From Gammaproteobacteria bacterium (GTDB lineage: Bacteria > Pseudomonadota > Gammaproteobacteria > UBA4575), in contig CBDCUI010000009.1 in NCBI GenBank assembly GCA_965222615.1, positions 672,001 through 736,000 on the forward strand: DNA of 64,000 bases, in the 5' to 3' direction. Positions 10,064-21,573 of this stretch are shown piece after piece; positions within the stretch are counted from its first letter, which is position 1; each line of letters starts with the position of its first letter. A program made the position numbers and the translations under genes. The notes beneath the pieces were generated by a model. That model searched no databases. It saw nothing but the letters and a program-made list of their open reading frames with translations, and was not told where the DNA came from.

Positions 10064-11950
10064 CTATGCTGATTGTAATTTTAGTTCGGCTAGTGTTTCA
10101 CCACTAGAAGTATCTTTCACTTCAAAAATTGATTGAGAAGAGTACAAGGCATCTACCATCGCTTTATGGCGACCCATGACAACATCGCGTCTAATTTTAC
10201 GTGAACGTGTCATTTCGCCTGCATCAACGTTAAATTCACGATGCATAATTAAAAAACGCTTAATAGGTGGACTACCTTTACCCTCAATTTGCTCCATATG
10301 TGCATTTACATCGGCTACCGTTTTTTGCACAAGCTCATAAACTTCATCTTTAGTTGCCAAATCTCTATATCCTGTAAAGCGAACTCGATTTGCCTCAGCC
10401 CAACTTCCTACTGTATCACTGTCAATCACTACAAATGCAGCAATCGTATCTTTACCATCCCCCACTGCAACTGCTTCTTGTATATAGGGTGATGATTTTA
10501 AGGCACTCTCTACAAGGTGCGGAGCAAATAAATCCCCGGTACTGAACTTACCAACTGAATCTACACGATCAGTAATCTTGAGTGCGCCTTTTTCATCAAT
10601 TTCACCCATATCTCCGGTTTTAATCCAGCCATCTGCATCTACTACAGCTGCCGTAGCTTCTGGATCTCGGTAATATCCTTTAAACGCATTGATGCCTTTA
10701 AAAGCTATTTGATCATCTGCAAGTTTTTTAATCTCGATTCCGGGCGATGGCTTACCCATACTATATTCGCCCGTCGGGCTATTGAGTTGATCAGGGCCTT
10801 GTACGCAGATAAAACCTGCACTTTCCGTTGTGCCATAGGTCTTTTTGAGATTCAGGCCTATGCCACGAAAAAAGTTAAACACTTCACCACTCATAATATC
10901 GCCACCCGTATAGGCTTTGCGTAAATTAGAAAGGCCATATACATTTTTTAGCGGGCCAAACATCAACATGTTTCCCATTTTATATTTAAAGCTATCACCA
11001 CCCGAGAAAGCACCACCATTAATAAACTTCTCTCGTGCCTGTTTTGCAAAGTTATTCCACTTATCAAATAATTTTGATTTTGAACGTTGCGCCCGTGCAA
11101 TGATCTCTGAATGTAGTCTCTTATAGAAATGCGGTGGAGCATAAAGAATTGAAGGTCCGATCTCACGTAAATCAGTCATGATAGTTTCATTGCTTTCAGG
11201 GCAACAAATTGTGAAACCTTTTATTAACCAAAGCGTGTAGGTAAATAATATATTGGCTGCATAGGACAACGGTAAAAATGCAAGCACTTGTTCATCTTGT
11301 TTAATGTGTTCTTGCTCAGCAAATACCTTACCAGTTTCGATTAGACTTTTATGTGTATGTACCGCACCACGAGATTTTCCAGAGGTTCCAGAGGTGTACA
11401 AGATAAACGCGTCTGAATCTGGAGTAACATTTGCGGTTACGTCTTTATAAAAATTGGGGTGATCAGAAGCGAATTTTTTACCAGCTTCTCTTATCTGTTC
11501 AAAACTATGTAAACGAGAAGAAGTATACTCTTGCATTCCACGGCCATTGCTATAGACCATTTGTTCAAAATTTTCGCACTGTTCTTTTATTTCGTAACAG
11601 GCATCCACTTGTTGCTGATCTTGAACAAGTGCAAATTTTGCTTCGCAATCATTCATGTGCGCGACAAGTTCTTCAGGTTTAGAATCGGGATGAATTGGAA
11701 CCGCTACAGCACCTAAACATTGGATAGCGACCATTCCAAAATAAAGATTTGGGATATTGTTACCGATGATTGCAACTTTTTCATTTGGTTTGACACCCTT
11801 AGCAGCCAAACCACAAGCTGTATCACGAACAATCTCGCCAGCCTCTTCCCAAGTCCAGCTTTGCCATAGTCCATGTCGTTTTTTGCGGATTGCTATATCT
11901 GATTTGCGAGAGTTAGCTTGCTGTGAGAAAAGGCTAGGAAAAGTATCCAT
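10064..11950 (-). CDS. Long-chain fatty-acid--CoA ligase (AMP-binding enzyme)
   Basis: YTSGTSGKSRG P-loop, YGTTE, GWIKTGD, EMTRSRKIRR. Confidence 0.88.
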   Translation of the reverse strand: MDTFPSLFSQQANSRKSDIAIRKKRHGLWQSWTWEEAGEIVRDTACGLAAKGVKPNEKVAIIGNNIPNLYFGMVAIQCLGAVAVPIHPDSKPEELVAHMNDCEAKFALVQDQQQVDACYEIKEQCENFEQMVYSNGRGMQEYTSSRLHSFEQIREAGKKFASDHPNFYKDVTANVTPDSDAFILYTSGTSGKSRGAVHTHKSLIETGKVFAEQEHIKQDEQVLAFLPLSYAANILFTYTLWLIKGFTICCPESNETIMTDLREIGPSILYAPPHFYKRLHSEIIARAQRSKSKLFDKWNNFAKQAREKFINGGAFSGGDSFKYKMGNMLMFGPLKNVYGLSNLRKAYTGGDIMSGEVFNFFRGIGLNLKKTYGTTESAGFICVQGPDQLNSPTGEYSMGKPSPGIEIKKLADDQIAFKGINAFKGYYRDPEATAAVVDADGWIKTGDMGEIDEKGALKITDRVDSVGKFSTGDLFAPHLVESALKSSPYIQEAVAVGDGKDTIAAFVVIDSDTVGSWAEANRVRFTGYRDLATKDEVYELVQKTVADVNAHMEQIEGKGSPPIKRFLIMHREFNVDAGEMTRSRKIRRDVVMGRHKAMVDALYSSQSIFEVKDTSSGETLAELKLQSA

Positions 11951-12473
11951 GTTAAAACTTCAAACCCCTATTCGCTCCATCTGTTTAACTTACTAAAATA
12001 GTAAGTACGTTAATTATTTTTTTAATGGCCAGCTATTATTATTGTGTCGCTAGTCTCTTCGAGGGCCTTGCACTAGATAATAGACATTTTTACGTGTATT
12101 TACATTATACAAAGTAAGTTTTATGCGTAACTTGTTATATTCTTTATCGCAACATTGCTGAATAGCCAATTACCATCCAGTGACTCCAGGCAAGAAGGCT
12201 AAACTACACCAGCAAACCAATACTTTGCAAGCATTTGTGTATGCGATTTGTTATACATACATAATACCGATTTATATGAAAATTATATGAAAAATTTGGC
12301 TCCTCACTACCAAGATACCAGGATAAATTGCCCTTCGCTTTGATATGACACAGGATAGTGTACTAATTTATCAGGACTGTGCGCTAAGCTTAGTTATTAT
12401 AAGTAAAAACTTTGTTTTTAATGCGCATAATTAAAAGAATTAGAATGAATCTAAACGATCAAAATTTATACAA

Positions 12474-15400
12474 TTACCTCTGTTTTTGCCGGAAATGCGA
12501 TAGGACTTTGATATTGGATCGGTCCGCTAAAATAAATTGTTGTTCAAAATCCACGCTCTTCATTGGCTGGCCTATATAAAAACCTTGAATATAGTCACAG
12601 CCTTCCGCAATCAGTAAATCCTGTTGTTTTTTTGATTCCACACCTTCTGCAAGTACTTTTAAATTTAGGCTTTTTGCCAATGCAATAATGCCTTTTACAA
12701 TTAGCCGGTCTTCTTTATTTTCAGCAATATCGCGTATAAACGCTGCATCAATTTTTAGTAAATCTATCGGAAATTTACGCAAGTAATTTAATGAAGAATA
12801 TCCTGTTCCAAAATCATCAATTGAAAGTTTTACGCCCATTGCCTTCAGTTGATGCAAAATAGAAATCACTTCCTCTGGGCGTTTCATAATGATGCTTTCC
12901 GTTATTTCTAGCTCTAGGCACTCAGGATTGAGCCCAGAATGTGCAAGCACATGGGCAATTTGTGATGCAATGTCACTATTTTCTAGTTGCCTACCAGAAA
13001 GATTTACCGAAACAGGAATTGGCTGATAGCCTTTTTCAATCCATGTTTGCACCTGTACACAAGCACTGATCAAAACCCATAAACCAAGCTCTGAAATAAG
13101 ACCGGTTTCTTCTGCTAGTGGTATAAAATCTGCTGGGCTTATTAAACCTTTTTGAGGGTGATTCCACCGCACCAATGCCTCCATACCGTTTATTTTCATG
13201 GTTTGTAAATCGTATTTTGGTTGGTAATAAACGTCTAATTCATCCCGTTCAATCGAATGACGCAGATCTTGTTCAATTTCTACTTTGTTGGTGACTACAA
13301 CTTCCATCTCTTTCTCATAAAACTGGTAACTGCCACCACGTTCTTTTGCTTTAAACATTGCAGTATCAGCGCGCTTCATTAACACGCCAATATCGTCTCC
13401 ATCCTGTGGATGTAATGAGATCCCAATACTTGCTGTTACATATATATCTTTGCCTGCAAATGAGTAAGGCTCACCTAACTTTTGACATATTTTATCGGCA
13501 ATACTTGCAACAACATTTCGATCCTCAATACCATCTAATACCAAAGTAAATTCATCACCGCCCAAACGCGCAACAGTATCTGCACTACGCACACAACTTA
13601 ATATTCGTTCTGCAACTGATTTTAATAACATATCACCTACATTATGGCCCAATGTATCATTGACATACTTAAACCGATCCAAATCTAGAAACATCACAGC
13701 TAAAATTTCTGAGCTGCGTCGCACTTTCTTCAATAGTTTTTGCATTTGATTGATAAACATTGTGCGATTAGGCAATCCTGTTAACGAATCGTTATAAGCA
13801 AGTTCACGAACGTGAACTTCGGCACGACTAGCTTTCAACAAACGCGAGATGCGTTGACGCATTACGGCAAAGTGAATTGGCTTAGGAATGTAATCTGTAG
13901 CACCTGAATTAAAGGCTTGTTCAATAGATTTTTCATCATCCAATGCAGTAACAATCAGTATTGGCACGTGGCTGCTGCCTCTTAACATGCGAATTTTTTT
14001 ACACGCCTCAAAACCGTTTAGATTTGGCATAAGTGCGTCAAGAATGATGAGGTCAGGCATATTTTTCTCGCAACGCGACACCGCATCTATCCCATCTGAG
14101 ACCGCTTCTATTTCATAGCCATCTTTTACAAGTACGTTTTGCAAAGCTACTCTCATACTTCTGTCATCATCTGCAATTAAAATTCGTTCGGCATCACGAT
14201 GTTGGAGCAAGGTATCGTCTTTAAATAAATTAAGCTCTTTCTTGAGTTCACTATTTACAAGGTCTGCCTCTGTAAATAAGTATTGAACGAGCTCACGCGC
14301 ATTATTATCTATTGAATTATTGCGACCTATATCTTCAAGTTGTTTAGCAATATATGCCAAACGATTTGCACCAAAATTAGAGCTACTACCCTTGATAGTA
14401 TGTGCATAGTGCGTAAGTGTATTTGCATCTTTTTCCATGACGCTCTTTTCAAGTGAACGTAGTAATATAGCCATATCCTCTACATACACTTCCACCATGT
14501 CATTAAATGCATCACCCAAATCTTCTCTCAGCTCAGCAATTACTGCATGATCGATCGCACTGTTATCTTTGTTACCTTCTTCAAGCCTATCTACCAATGT
14601 CTTTTCTATTTCTTCCTCAATGGCTTCATCAGATGGAGCTCCTAACCATCGCTCTAATTTTGCAACCAAGGTTTCCATCTTTAATGGTTTTGAGGCGTAA
14701 TCGCTCATTCCAGCTTGAATACACTTTTCACGCTCTCCCTCTAAGACATTTGCTGTCATTGCAATAATAGGGATTTGTGCAACTTCAGAATCGAACTTGC
14801 GTATTTTTTGCGCGGCTTCATATCCATCCATGCCAGGCATATTGCAGTCCATTAAAACTGCATCATAATGAGTGGTTTCAAGAAGATCCAACGCTTCAAA
14901 TCCATTTGCAGCGATAGAAGATTTACATCCGATACGTTCAAGCATTGCTTGCGCGACTTGCTGATTTGCGCGGTTATCTTCTACTACTAAAATAGTTGCA
15001 TTGAAATTTGGTTTTTTCTTAGCCAGTGTAGCTATACTTGTTCCTTTCCCAACACTTTCAATAACAGGAGAATGAAGCAGTTCTGCAATGCAATCGAATA
15101 CACGTGATTGACGTACTGGCTTTTTAATATATGTGTCAATTTCTCTAAAACGCTCAACAAATGCCTCTGGATTAGTTTGATTAGTCATCAGCACCAGTTT
15201 CATTGGTGCAATGTGTTCGTCTTTAGTGATTTTTCGAATTAATTCGATACCATTTACTTGTGGCATTAATTCATCGATGAATGCCACATCAAATGACTGA
15301 TTAGTCCTCGTGGCTTTGCGTAAAACTTCAACCGTATCAGAAGCGTCAGGTATACAAGTAACAAAAGCGCCCCAATTTTCAAAGGTTTGTTGTAAATTCG

Positions 15401-16991
15401 CTTTAATAATTTCACTATCATCTGCAACAAATATTCGCAAACCTTCCGCAGTAGATTGCTTGGTATCAATTTGACGTACATCGGATAAGCTATCTTTAAA
15501 CGGTATTTCAAACCAGAATATACTGCCCTCACCTAGATGACTTTCTACACCAATTCTACCGTTCATAACTTCAACAAGCTGTCGACAAATCGCAAGACCT
15601 AAGCCAGTTCCACCAAACTTTTTAGTGGTAGAAGCATCGGCTTGTTGAAAAGCTTCAAAAACTTTTGCCTGAGCCTCTTCAGATATGCCTACACCTGTAT
15701 CCGAGACTTCAAACCTCAATCTTAGGATTTTGCCACCATTGGTAACATTTTTTACGCGAAACCCTATCTCGCCTTTATCCGTAAACTTAATGGCATTACC
15801 AGCTAGATTAATAAGTAACTGACGAATTCGACTCGAATCACTATTTACATTTGCAGGCACATCTTTATCTACAACATAGGCAAGATCTAAGTCTTTTGAC
15901 TGTGCTTGACCCGTTAAAATTCCGACAATGTCATCTAAGGTCTCACGAATGTTCAATGGCTCCAGCTCAACATGAGCTTTACCGGAATCGATTTTTGAAA
16001 AATTTAGAATGTCATCAATTAATCTTAATAGTGCATCGCCCGAATCATGTGCCACAGAAACATATTCTTTTTGCTTAGGACTAAGCTCAGTTTCTCTAAG
16101 AATTTCGAGCATTCCTAAGATGCCATTTAACGGTGTACGTAATTCATGACTGACATTTGCCGCAAATTCACCTTTTGCATGCGCATATTCCAAAGCAGCA
16201 CTTCGTGCAGATTCTAATTTATCTTCACGGTCCGCTATGGCGAACATCATAGTGTTAAATGCGCTTTGCATCGCTGTAATATCTTTTGTACCCCAAATTT
16301 TTGAGCGCACATTTAAATCACCTTCTTCTGCAACACGCATTAAGCGCGCAAGATTATTTAAAGGCTTTGTTACTCGATCAGTTATGGCTAATAACAGAAA
16401 TACAAGAATTCCAGACAACAATAGGGATACAAATAAATTAACTTGAAATATGCTTTTCTCAAGCGCATGCAAGGTATCCTTACTGACATGTATTCGTACA
16501 TAACCGAGTAATTCTCTGTCAATAACTTCTTCAATAAATGGTGACTCAGCAATTATGGGATCGTCACCTCTTGCATAGACGGGCGATACAAAATACCAAG
16601 CATTATCTGTTTCTTTTATAAGTTCAGCTTCAAGTGGCCAAACATTTGCATCGTCAGGTATGGTATTCACACCATCTTCTACCAAAGGTTTCTTTTCAAG
16701 ATCATAAACTCCTACGCCATGTACATCAGGGAAATTCTTAATTGCCTGGGCATTTTCTCTAGCACTTTCTTTACTAAGATATAACAAGGCAAGTGTATTC
16801 CGATCTGCAAAATCTCTGGTTATTTGGAATCCTTCTGAAACCAAATTTTGCTCTACTTCCCTTGCTGAAAAAGTTGAGATTAGATATGTAGATATTGCAG
16901 CACTCGCAATAATACCTATCACAAAGGTGGCGATTAGCTGTTCTTTAAAACCACTTGTAAACTTTTTCTTAATGTAATTATAAATTTTCAT
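12474..16991 (-). CDS. Hybrid sensor: TM-periplasmic-TM-HAMP-HisKA-HATPase-REC-REC-Hpt-REC-GGDEF-EAL
   Basis: [26 protein letters not shown], three REC domains (IDELMP, MDCNMP, LDALMP), Hpt AHTIKGSS, RSADxxxRLGGDEF, [15 protein letters not shown]. Confidence 0.93.
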   Translation of the reverse strand: MKIYNYIKKKFTSGFKEQLIATFVIGIIASAAISTYLISTFSAREVEQNLVSEGFQITRDFADRNTLALLYLSKESARENAQAIKNFPDVHGVGVYDLEKKPLVEDGVNTIPDDANVWPLEAELIKETDNAWYFVSPVYARGDDPIIAESPFIEEVIDRELLGYVRIHVSKDTLHALEKSIFQVNLFVSLLLSGILVFLLLAITDRVTKPLNNLARLMRVAEEGDLNVRSKIWGTKDITAMQSAFNTMMFAIADREDKLESARSAALEYAHAKGEFAANVSHELRTPLNGILGMLEILRETELSPKQKEYVSVAHDSGDALLRLIDDILNFSKIDSGKAHVELEPLNIRETLDDIVGILTGQAQSKDLDLAYVVDKDVPANVNSDSSRIRQLLINLAGNAIKFTDKGEIGFRVKNVTNGGKILRLRFEVSDTGVGISEEAQAKVFEAFQQADASTTKKFGGTGLGLAICRQLVEVMNGRIGVESHLGEGSIFWFEIPFKDSLSDVRQIDTKQSTAEGLRIFVADDSEIIKANLQQTFENWGAFVTCIPDASDTVEVLRKATRTNQSFDVAFIDELMPQVNGIELIRKITKDEHIAPMKLVLMTNQTNPEAFVERFREIDTYIKKPVRQSRVFDCIAELLHSPVIESVGKGTSIATLAKKKPNFNATILVVEDNRANQQVAQAMLERIGCKSSIAANGFEALDLLETTHYDAVLMDCNMPGMDGYEAAQKIRKFDSEVAQIPIIAMTANVLEGEREKCIQAGMSDYASKPLKMETLVAKLERWLGAPSDEAIEEEIEKTLVDRLEEGNKDNSAIDHAVIAELREDLGDAFNDMVEVYVEDMAILLRSLEKSVMEKDANTLTHYAHTIKGSSSNFGANRLAYIAKQLEDIGRNNSIDNNARELVQYLFTEADLVNSELKKELNLFKDDTLLQHRDAERILIADDDRSMRVALQNVLVKDGYEIEAVSDGIDAVSRCEKNMPDLIILDALMPNLNGFEACKKIRMLRGSSHVPILIVTALDDEKSIEQAFNSGATDYIPKPIHFAVMRQRISRLLKASRAEVHVRELAYNDSLTGLPNRTMFINQMQKLLKKVRRSSEILAVMFLDLDRFKYVNDTLGHNVGDMLLKSVAERILSCVRSADTVARLGGDEFTLVLDGIEDRNVVASIADKICQKLGEPYSFAGKDIYVTASIGISLHPQDGDDIGVLMKRADTAMFKAKERGGSYQFYEKEMEVVVTNKVEIEQDLRHSIERDELDVYYQPKYDLQTMKINGMEALVRWNHPQKGLISPADFIPLAEETGLISELGLWVLISACVQVQTWIEKGYQPIPVSVNLSGRQLENSDIASQIAHVLAHSGLNPECLELEITESIIMKRPEEVISILHQLKAMGVKLSIDDFGTGYSSLNYLRKFPIDLLKIDAAFIRDIAENKEDRLIVKGIIALAKSLNLKVLAEGVESKKQQDLLIAEGCDYIQGFYIGQPMKSVDFEQQFILADRSNIKVLSHFRQKQR

Positions 16992-16997
16992 AACAAC

Positions 16998-17963
16998 TTA
17001 TTCAGATGGAAATACTGCATCAAAACTTCTAAGTTCTGCGTTAGAGATATTTATCCCCAAGTGCTCTGCAGTTCTTCTATTAAATGCAGTTTGCAAATCC
17101 GTAACCGGTAAAATTTCTTTTTCTCTCACAGAATTTCCATTCAATTCTTCAATTGCCGCCCTACCTAAACTTTGTCCTAACTTAATATTGTCTGGATACA
17201 TGGCGAACAAAACACCTTTATTCACATGGGCAAGGCTACTTGAGAAAACTACGATATCCCGTTTCCACGCTTGATCTAGAATCAGAGACAATAGTGCACG
17301 GTTATCTACTGCAGATGGATCGGGTAGCAGCCAAATGGCTGCATTTTTCATATTAGGACGCTTAAATATTTTGCGATAAAGCTTGGCAGACTCTGAAAGG
17401 CTCTTGGTTGGATATGTAGTTAGCTGTATATCATATTTTGTCGCAGCTGATTGTGCTCTTTTAATCAGCCACTCAGTTTTATTTGGATTATATACAGCAA
17501 CTACCTCCTTGGTTTGAGAGCTTAGTTTTTTTAACTTTTCAAATAATTTATCTGGTGACGGCGCTAACGATATTCCCGTGCGCGCACTTGTGTTCGGTTT
17601 CGGAGTAATTACACCACCCAAAACTACAGGTATATTGCCCTCTAAAGTAGATGTAGCATTTTCACTGCGCACACCAAGCGCAATACATACTTTAATATCA
17701 TTCTTGCTTAGCCATTGATTGAGTTCTTTTGATGAATAATCTTTTTTCAAAACGTAACGCATCGTGCGCCCATTCACTTCTTTTTCAACACCATCTGCCA
17801 TATCGGTGAAAATTTTATTAAACGGTGCGCGCAATTCGGGATATATCACTGCAACAGAAATTGTCGAAGCTTGTGCTGCCAATACTGTGACAATAGATAT
17901 AGAGAGAAAGAATGCAATTGCTATGCATTTTTTTTTCGCTATTTGATATATCTTATTCGCCAT
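16998..17963 (-). CDS. Periplasmic ligand-binding protein (ABC_sub_bind/YfiR-like) with no cognate ABC permease
   Basis: Signal peptide; AIWLLPD, GVLFAMYPD, FNRRTAEHLGI motifs; ends 6 bp before the sensor start. Confidence 0.75.
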   Translation of the reverse strand: MANKIYQIAKKKCIAIAFFLSISIVTVLAAQASTISVAVIYPELRAPFNKIFTDMADGVEKEVNGRTMRYVLKKDYSSKELNQWLSKNDIKVCIALGVRSENATSTLEGNIPVVLGGVITPKPNTSARTGISLAPSPDKLFEKLKKLSSQTKEVVAVYNPNKTEWLIKRAQSAATKYDIQLTTYPTKSLSESAKLYRKIFKRPNMKNAAIWLLPDPSAVDNRALLSLILDQAWKRDIVVFSSSLAHVNKGVLFAMYPDNIKLGQSLGRAAIEELNGNSVREKEILPVTDLQTAFNRRTAEHLGINISNAELRSFDAVFPSE

Positions 17964-17990
17964 TATTTATATTAAGTTGCACCTAAATTG

Positions 17991-19007
17991 TTATGGTTTT
18001 TCTCCAGAAACCACTCCCCAATATCCAAATGTTTTAGTGGACTTCACATTTACAAAACCTGCATCTTTGAGAAATTTACTTAGTTCTTTACCGGAATATT
18101 GCTTACCTTCAGTCCAATTAAGCATCGCCACGTTAGCTGCGGCAGCTATGGCAGGACCGCTTTTATCATCATCAAAAAGCATCTCATGTATTAGAACTTT
18201 CCCTTTTACAGGCAAGGATTTAAAACTTTTTTCGGAAAAAAACTGGCATTTGTCTTTGGGCCAGTCATGAAAAATTTGTGAGTAGAAATGAACATCGGCT
18301 TTAGGGAAGTCATCATTCCAAAAATCTCCTTGCACTACTTTTGCACGATCAGATAAATCATATTGATTAAAGTATTCTTGAGAAACTTCGCACACAGGGG
18401 GAATATCAAAATTTATTCCCTTTAGATGAGTCCAACGATTTAATACACCAATAATATGTGCGCCAGAACCTCCTCCAATATCTAGGAATACTTTATGATT
18501 TGAGAAATCAAAAAACTCTGGCCATGCAGAAGCAGGTGCAATACTTGAACTATGCATTGCTTGTGTAAAATTTCTCGCTATATCGAACTGTTTCTCATGA
18601 CTATCAAATATTGCTTCATCCCCATAAACCTTAGGTTCATTGGATAAAACAGATTGTCTGAGACTTTCAAGAGTATTTAAGGCAAAGATGTCTAGTAAGC
18701 CTCCAAAATAAGTTGGACTATCTTTCAACAAGTATTTCTTTGCATGATCCGTCAATGAATACTTTTGATCAGATAAAGAAATAAAATTCATATTTACCAA
18801 CATTAATAACAACGCTTCAGTTGATCTAGAAGCAATATTAAGTTTTTTGGAAATTTCTTCTAACGATTTCGGGCCATCATTTAATGATGAAAACAAATTT
18901 AATTCATTTGCAAGCATTAATGTCTGATACTTAAATAAGCCTGCAAGGACATCGAAAACAGGTTTATCATCTAAATTTTTCTCATCCTCGACTTGCATTG
19001 AATTCAT
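17991..19007 (-). CDS. SAM-dependent O-methyltransferase (Methyltransf_2 type with dimerisation domain)
   Basis: LDIGGGSG, VVQGDFW, SQIFHDW motifs; N-terminal winged-helix dimerisation region. Confidence 0.88.
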   Translation of the reverse strand: MNSMQVEDEKNLDDKPVFDVLAGLFKYQTLMLANELNLFSSLNDGPKSLEEISKKLNIASRSTEALLLMLVNMNFISLSDQKYSLTDHAKKYLLKDSPTYFGGLLDIFALNTLESLRQSVLSNEPKVYGDEAIFDSHEKQFDIARNFTQAMHSSSIAPASAWPEFFDFSNHKVFLDIGGGSGAHIIGVLNRWTHLKGINFDIPPVCEVSQEYFNQYDLSDRAKVVQGDFWNDDFPKADVHFYSQIFHDWPKDKCQFFSEKSFKSLPVKGKVLIHEMLFDDDKSGPAIAAAANVAMLNWTEGKQYSGKELSKFLKDAGFVNVKSTKTFGYWGVVSGEKP

Positions 19008-19161
19008 AGTTAACTCCTTATCTTATTTGATTAGTTTTATTTTTATAAATTACTGTTATTACTTATGCAAATATTAAAAAGTCACAAGCGCTAATTGCAC
19101 TTTGAATTTCAGTAAGCTCAGGATGCTTAATCAAGATAGAGGAAGTATTACTACGAGACTC

Positions 19162-21237
19162 TTAGAAATTTACTCGCATTTCTCCAAAATAACTTCGTCT
19201 CGCAAGTGGTAGATCATTTGGTATGAATAACCCTGACGAATTGAACATACTTGGCTCATATGGCCTTGAATTGAATAAATTTCTCACAGAAAACGCAAAT
19301 TCCCATCGGTTCTGAAAAGATTTACTACGTACTGTTAAATCAAAAATATCATAATCATCAAGATCATCGGTTCTTGTATCATTATGAACTCTGTCTCGAT
19401 CCATAACAAAATTCCATTGTGGAGCTAAATACCATCCAGGTATAAACTCCCAATTAGCCTTAACATAGAACTGATTTTGAGGAGCATTTCCAGAGTCCTC
19501 ATTAACATCCTCATCTTCTGATTCTTGATAAGCATAGTTTCCTAGTAAATGAAATTTTCTATTTATTTTCCAATCGAATTCAAACTCTAAACCGTAGCCC
19601 TCTTGTTCTCCCACATTTGCTGCAATCGGTGTAAATTCAATAATGTCATCCCACTTGTACTGAAATAGATTTAAACCAAGCTGAAGATTATCTTTTGGCC
19701 GGTAGTCAAATGCTAGTTCAAGCGTCTTTATTTCCTCTGGATCTAGTTCACTGTTACCAACTGCGACAGGATTATTTTGATTCCTAAATTCGGCAAATGA
19801 TGGTGCACGAAATGCTTCACCGTATAACAGTTTAGCAGTCAAATCATGACGTGCGGCCCAAACTAACGCTAAGCGTGGATTCCATGTGTCACCAAAATCA
19901 TTGTAATCGTCATATCTCAGTCCAGCAGTCAGTTCCCAGTCATTACTGAATTGCCAGATATCTTGAATAAATGCAAAAGTATTATTCCGATGCTTCTCTG
20001 GTAGGAATGCAAAAGGCGTATCTGAGACATCAGTAAATGGGATTGGAGCAAATGCAATAAAGTTTCTATGATCTTCAACCTTATAAATATCACTATTAGT
20101 GTATCCCGCACCCACTCTTATTAGATGATCGCTAAAGCCAGAAAATAAACCAGTTACATTAAATCTCCAATGCCTCTCCCAAACTTCAGGATTACCTATT
20201 ACTCCATTCGGAAACGCTCCAAACCCAAAATTAGTACCTGGTGGGAATAAAATAGTATCGTCATCTACCACTTGACTTGTATTTAGATAACTAATTTGCG
20301 CTTGCACATCCCATGTATCAGTAAATTCAGTATTATGATAAGTCAGATCTGCATTCCACCGATCACTTTCATATGTACCATTAGGGTCTAAAGCATCTGC
20401 AACACCTGCCCCAGTTTCAACGTTACGGCGATGTTGAAGACCAGTTCGGAATTTCCAATTTCCTCGTGAAATATCTGCACGAATATCAAAACGCTCTGAA
20501 CCTGTGTTAACAGAATCCGGTGCGAATGAAGTACCAAGCGGGGTGGCTGCATCTGCACCTATATCTTCATCTTGGCCATCTGTATCACGATATTCAGCCA
20601 TAAATGCAACGTCAAATTCACCCCATTTCCCTCCATAAAGAGACCATGCATCGTAAGTATCAAAACTACCTACACGTGAACCAAATTTAGTCCCATCAAT
20701 TTCATTAGCTTGTTTTGTAACAATATTTATAACTCCTGCAAATGCATCAGCACCATATACCGCGGAACCAGGACCTCGTATAACCTCAATTCGTGAAATT
20801 GATTCTACTGGCATACCTCCCCATACCTGACTTCTATCACCAATAAATAGATTATTTACAGATATACCGTTCACCAAAACAAGAACTTGAGGATTAAAAC
20901 CAGTATGTATCCCACGGAATGTGTAAATAGGATTATAAAGAATGCTTGATCGCGAAACATGTAAACCAGGTACAGTCTCAAGTGCTTCATCCAAATCTGT
21001 AGCACCCATTTCTTTAATGTCTTTTGCAGTAATTACAGTCGCAACTGCTGGTGCACGTGAAATCGGTTGTGCCGTTCCTGTTGCTATACTTATAACTTCC
21101 TCATCGCCATAGAGCTCTATTAGTGCTTCTTCATCATAGTCTGCTTGTGCAAAGGAAATTATAAACAAGTTTATAAAGATACTTGAAATAATATTTTTGA
21201 AATTGTTCACAATAAAGACTTGATTAAACATGTTCAT
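19162..21237 (-). CDS. TonB-dependent outer-membrane receptor
   Basis: Plug motifs APAVATVITA, IEVIRGPGSAVYGADAFAGVINIVTK; C-terminal Phe. Start placed at ATG 21237 after SD aaggag. Confidence 0.92.
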   Translation of the reverse strand: MNMFNQVFIVNNFKNIISSIFINLFIISFAQADYDEEALIELYGDEEVISIATGTAQPISRAPAVATVITAKDIKEMGATDLDEALETVPGLHVSRSSILYNPIYTFRGIHTGFNPQVLVLVNGISVNNLFIGDRSQVWGGMPVESISRIEVIRGPGSAVYGADAFAGVINIVTKQANEIDGTKFGSRVGSFDTYDAWSLYGGKWGEFDVAFMAEYRDTDGQDEDIGADAATPLGTSFAPDSVNTGSERFDIRADISRGNWKFRTGLQHRRNVETGAGVADALDPNGTYESDRWNADLTYHNTEFTDTWDVQAQISYLNTSQVVDDDTILFPPGTNFGFGAFPNGVIGNPEVWERHWRFNVTGLFSGFSDHLIRVGAGYTNSDIYKVEDHRNFIAFAPIPFTDVSDTPFAFLPEKHRNNTFAFIQDIWQFSNDWELTAGLRYDDYNDFGDTWNPRLALVWAARHDLTAKLLYGEAFRAPSFAEFRNQNNPVAVGNSELDPEEIKTLELAFDYRPKDNLQLGLNLFQYKWDDIIEFTPIAANVGEQEGYGLEFEFDWKINRKFHLLGNYAYQESEDEDVNEDSGNAPQNQFYVKANWEFIPGWYLAPQWNFVMDRDRVHNDTRTDDLDDYDIFDLTVRSKSFQNRWEFAFSVRNLFNSRPYEPSMFNSSGLFIPNDLPLARRSYFGEMRVNF

Positions 21238-21573
21238 GCGACACTCCTTATGTCTTACATGTATATTTCTTTTCACTTGTTATTTGCGTCAGACAAAACT
21301 CATAAAAAAATAGACGAGTATCCGCCTCATATCCCAAGCGAAACAATACGTAATTAATGCACCTTATTTTAAGGAGTTACGTGAGAAACTAGTCGAAAAT
21401 GTATCGGAAGTTTGATACCGCGGATCTTATAGGTTTAAGCACAAATGGTATTAAATATGGGATGAACGGAATTTTTTCTTTAGGATTAAAAAATTCTGAA
21501 TTTTATATTCGACAAACACGGAAACTTAAATAAAAAATAGACAAACCAAATTAAAAACGACTATTAAGATTAT

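Noticed and set aside
11951-12473. Possible sRNA or sigma54 promoter in the 520-bp gap upstream of the acyl-CoA ligase
   Set aside because: No clear GG-N10-GC consensus, strong terminator or ORF could be supported.
21277-21573. Riboswitch (cobalamin or c-di-GMP) or Fur box / sigma28 promoter upstream of the TonB receptor
   Set aside because: No convincing consensus was found by eye. An Infernal/Rfam scan would be needed.
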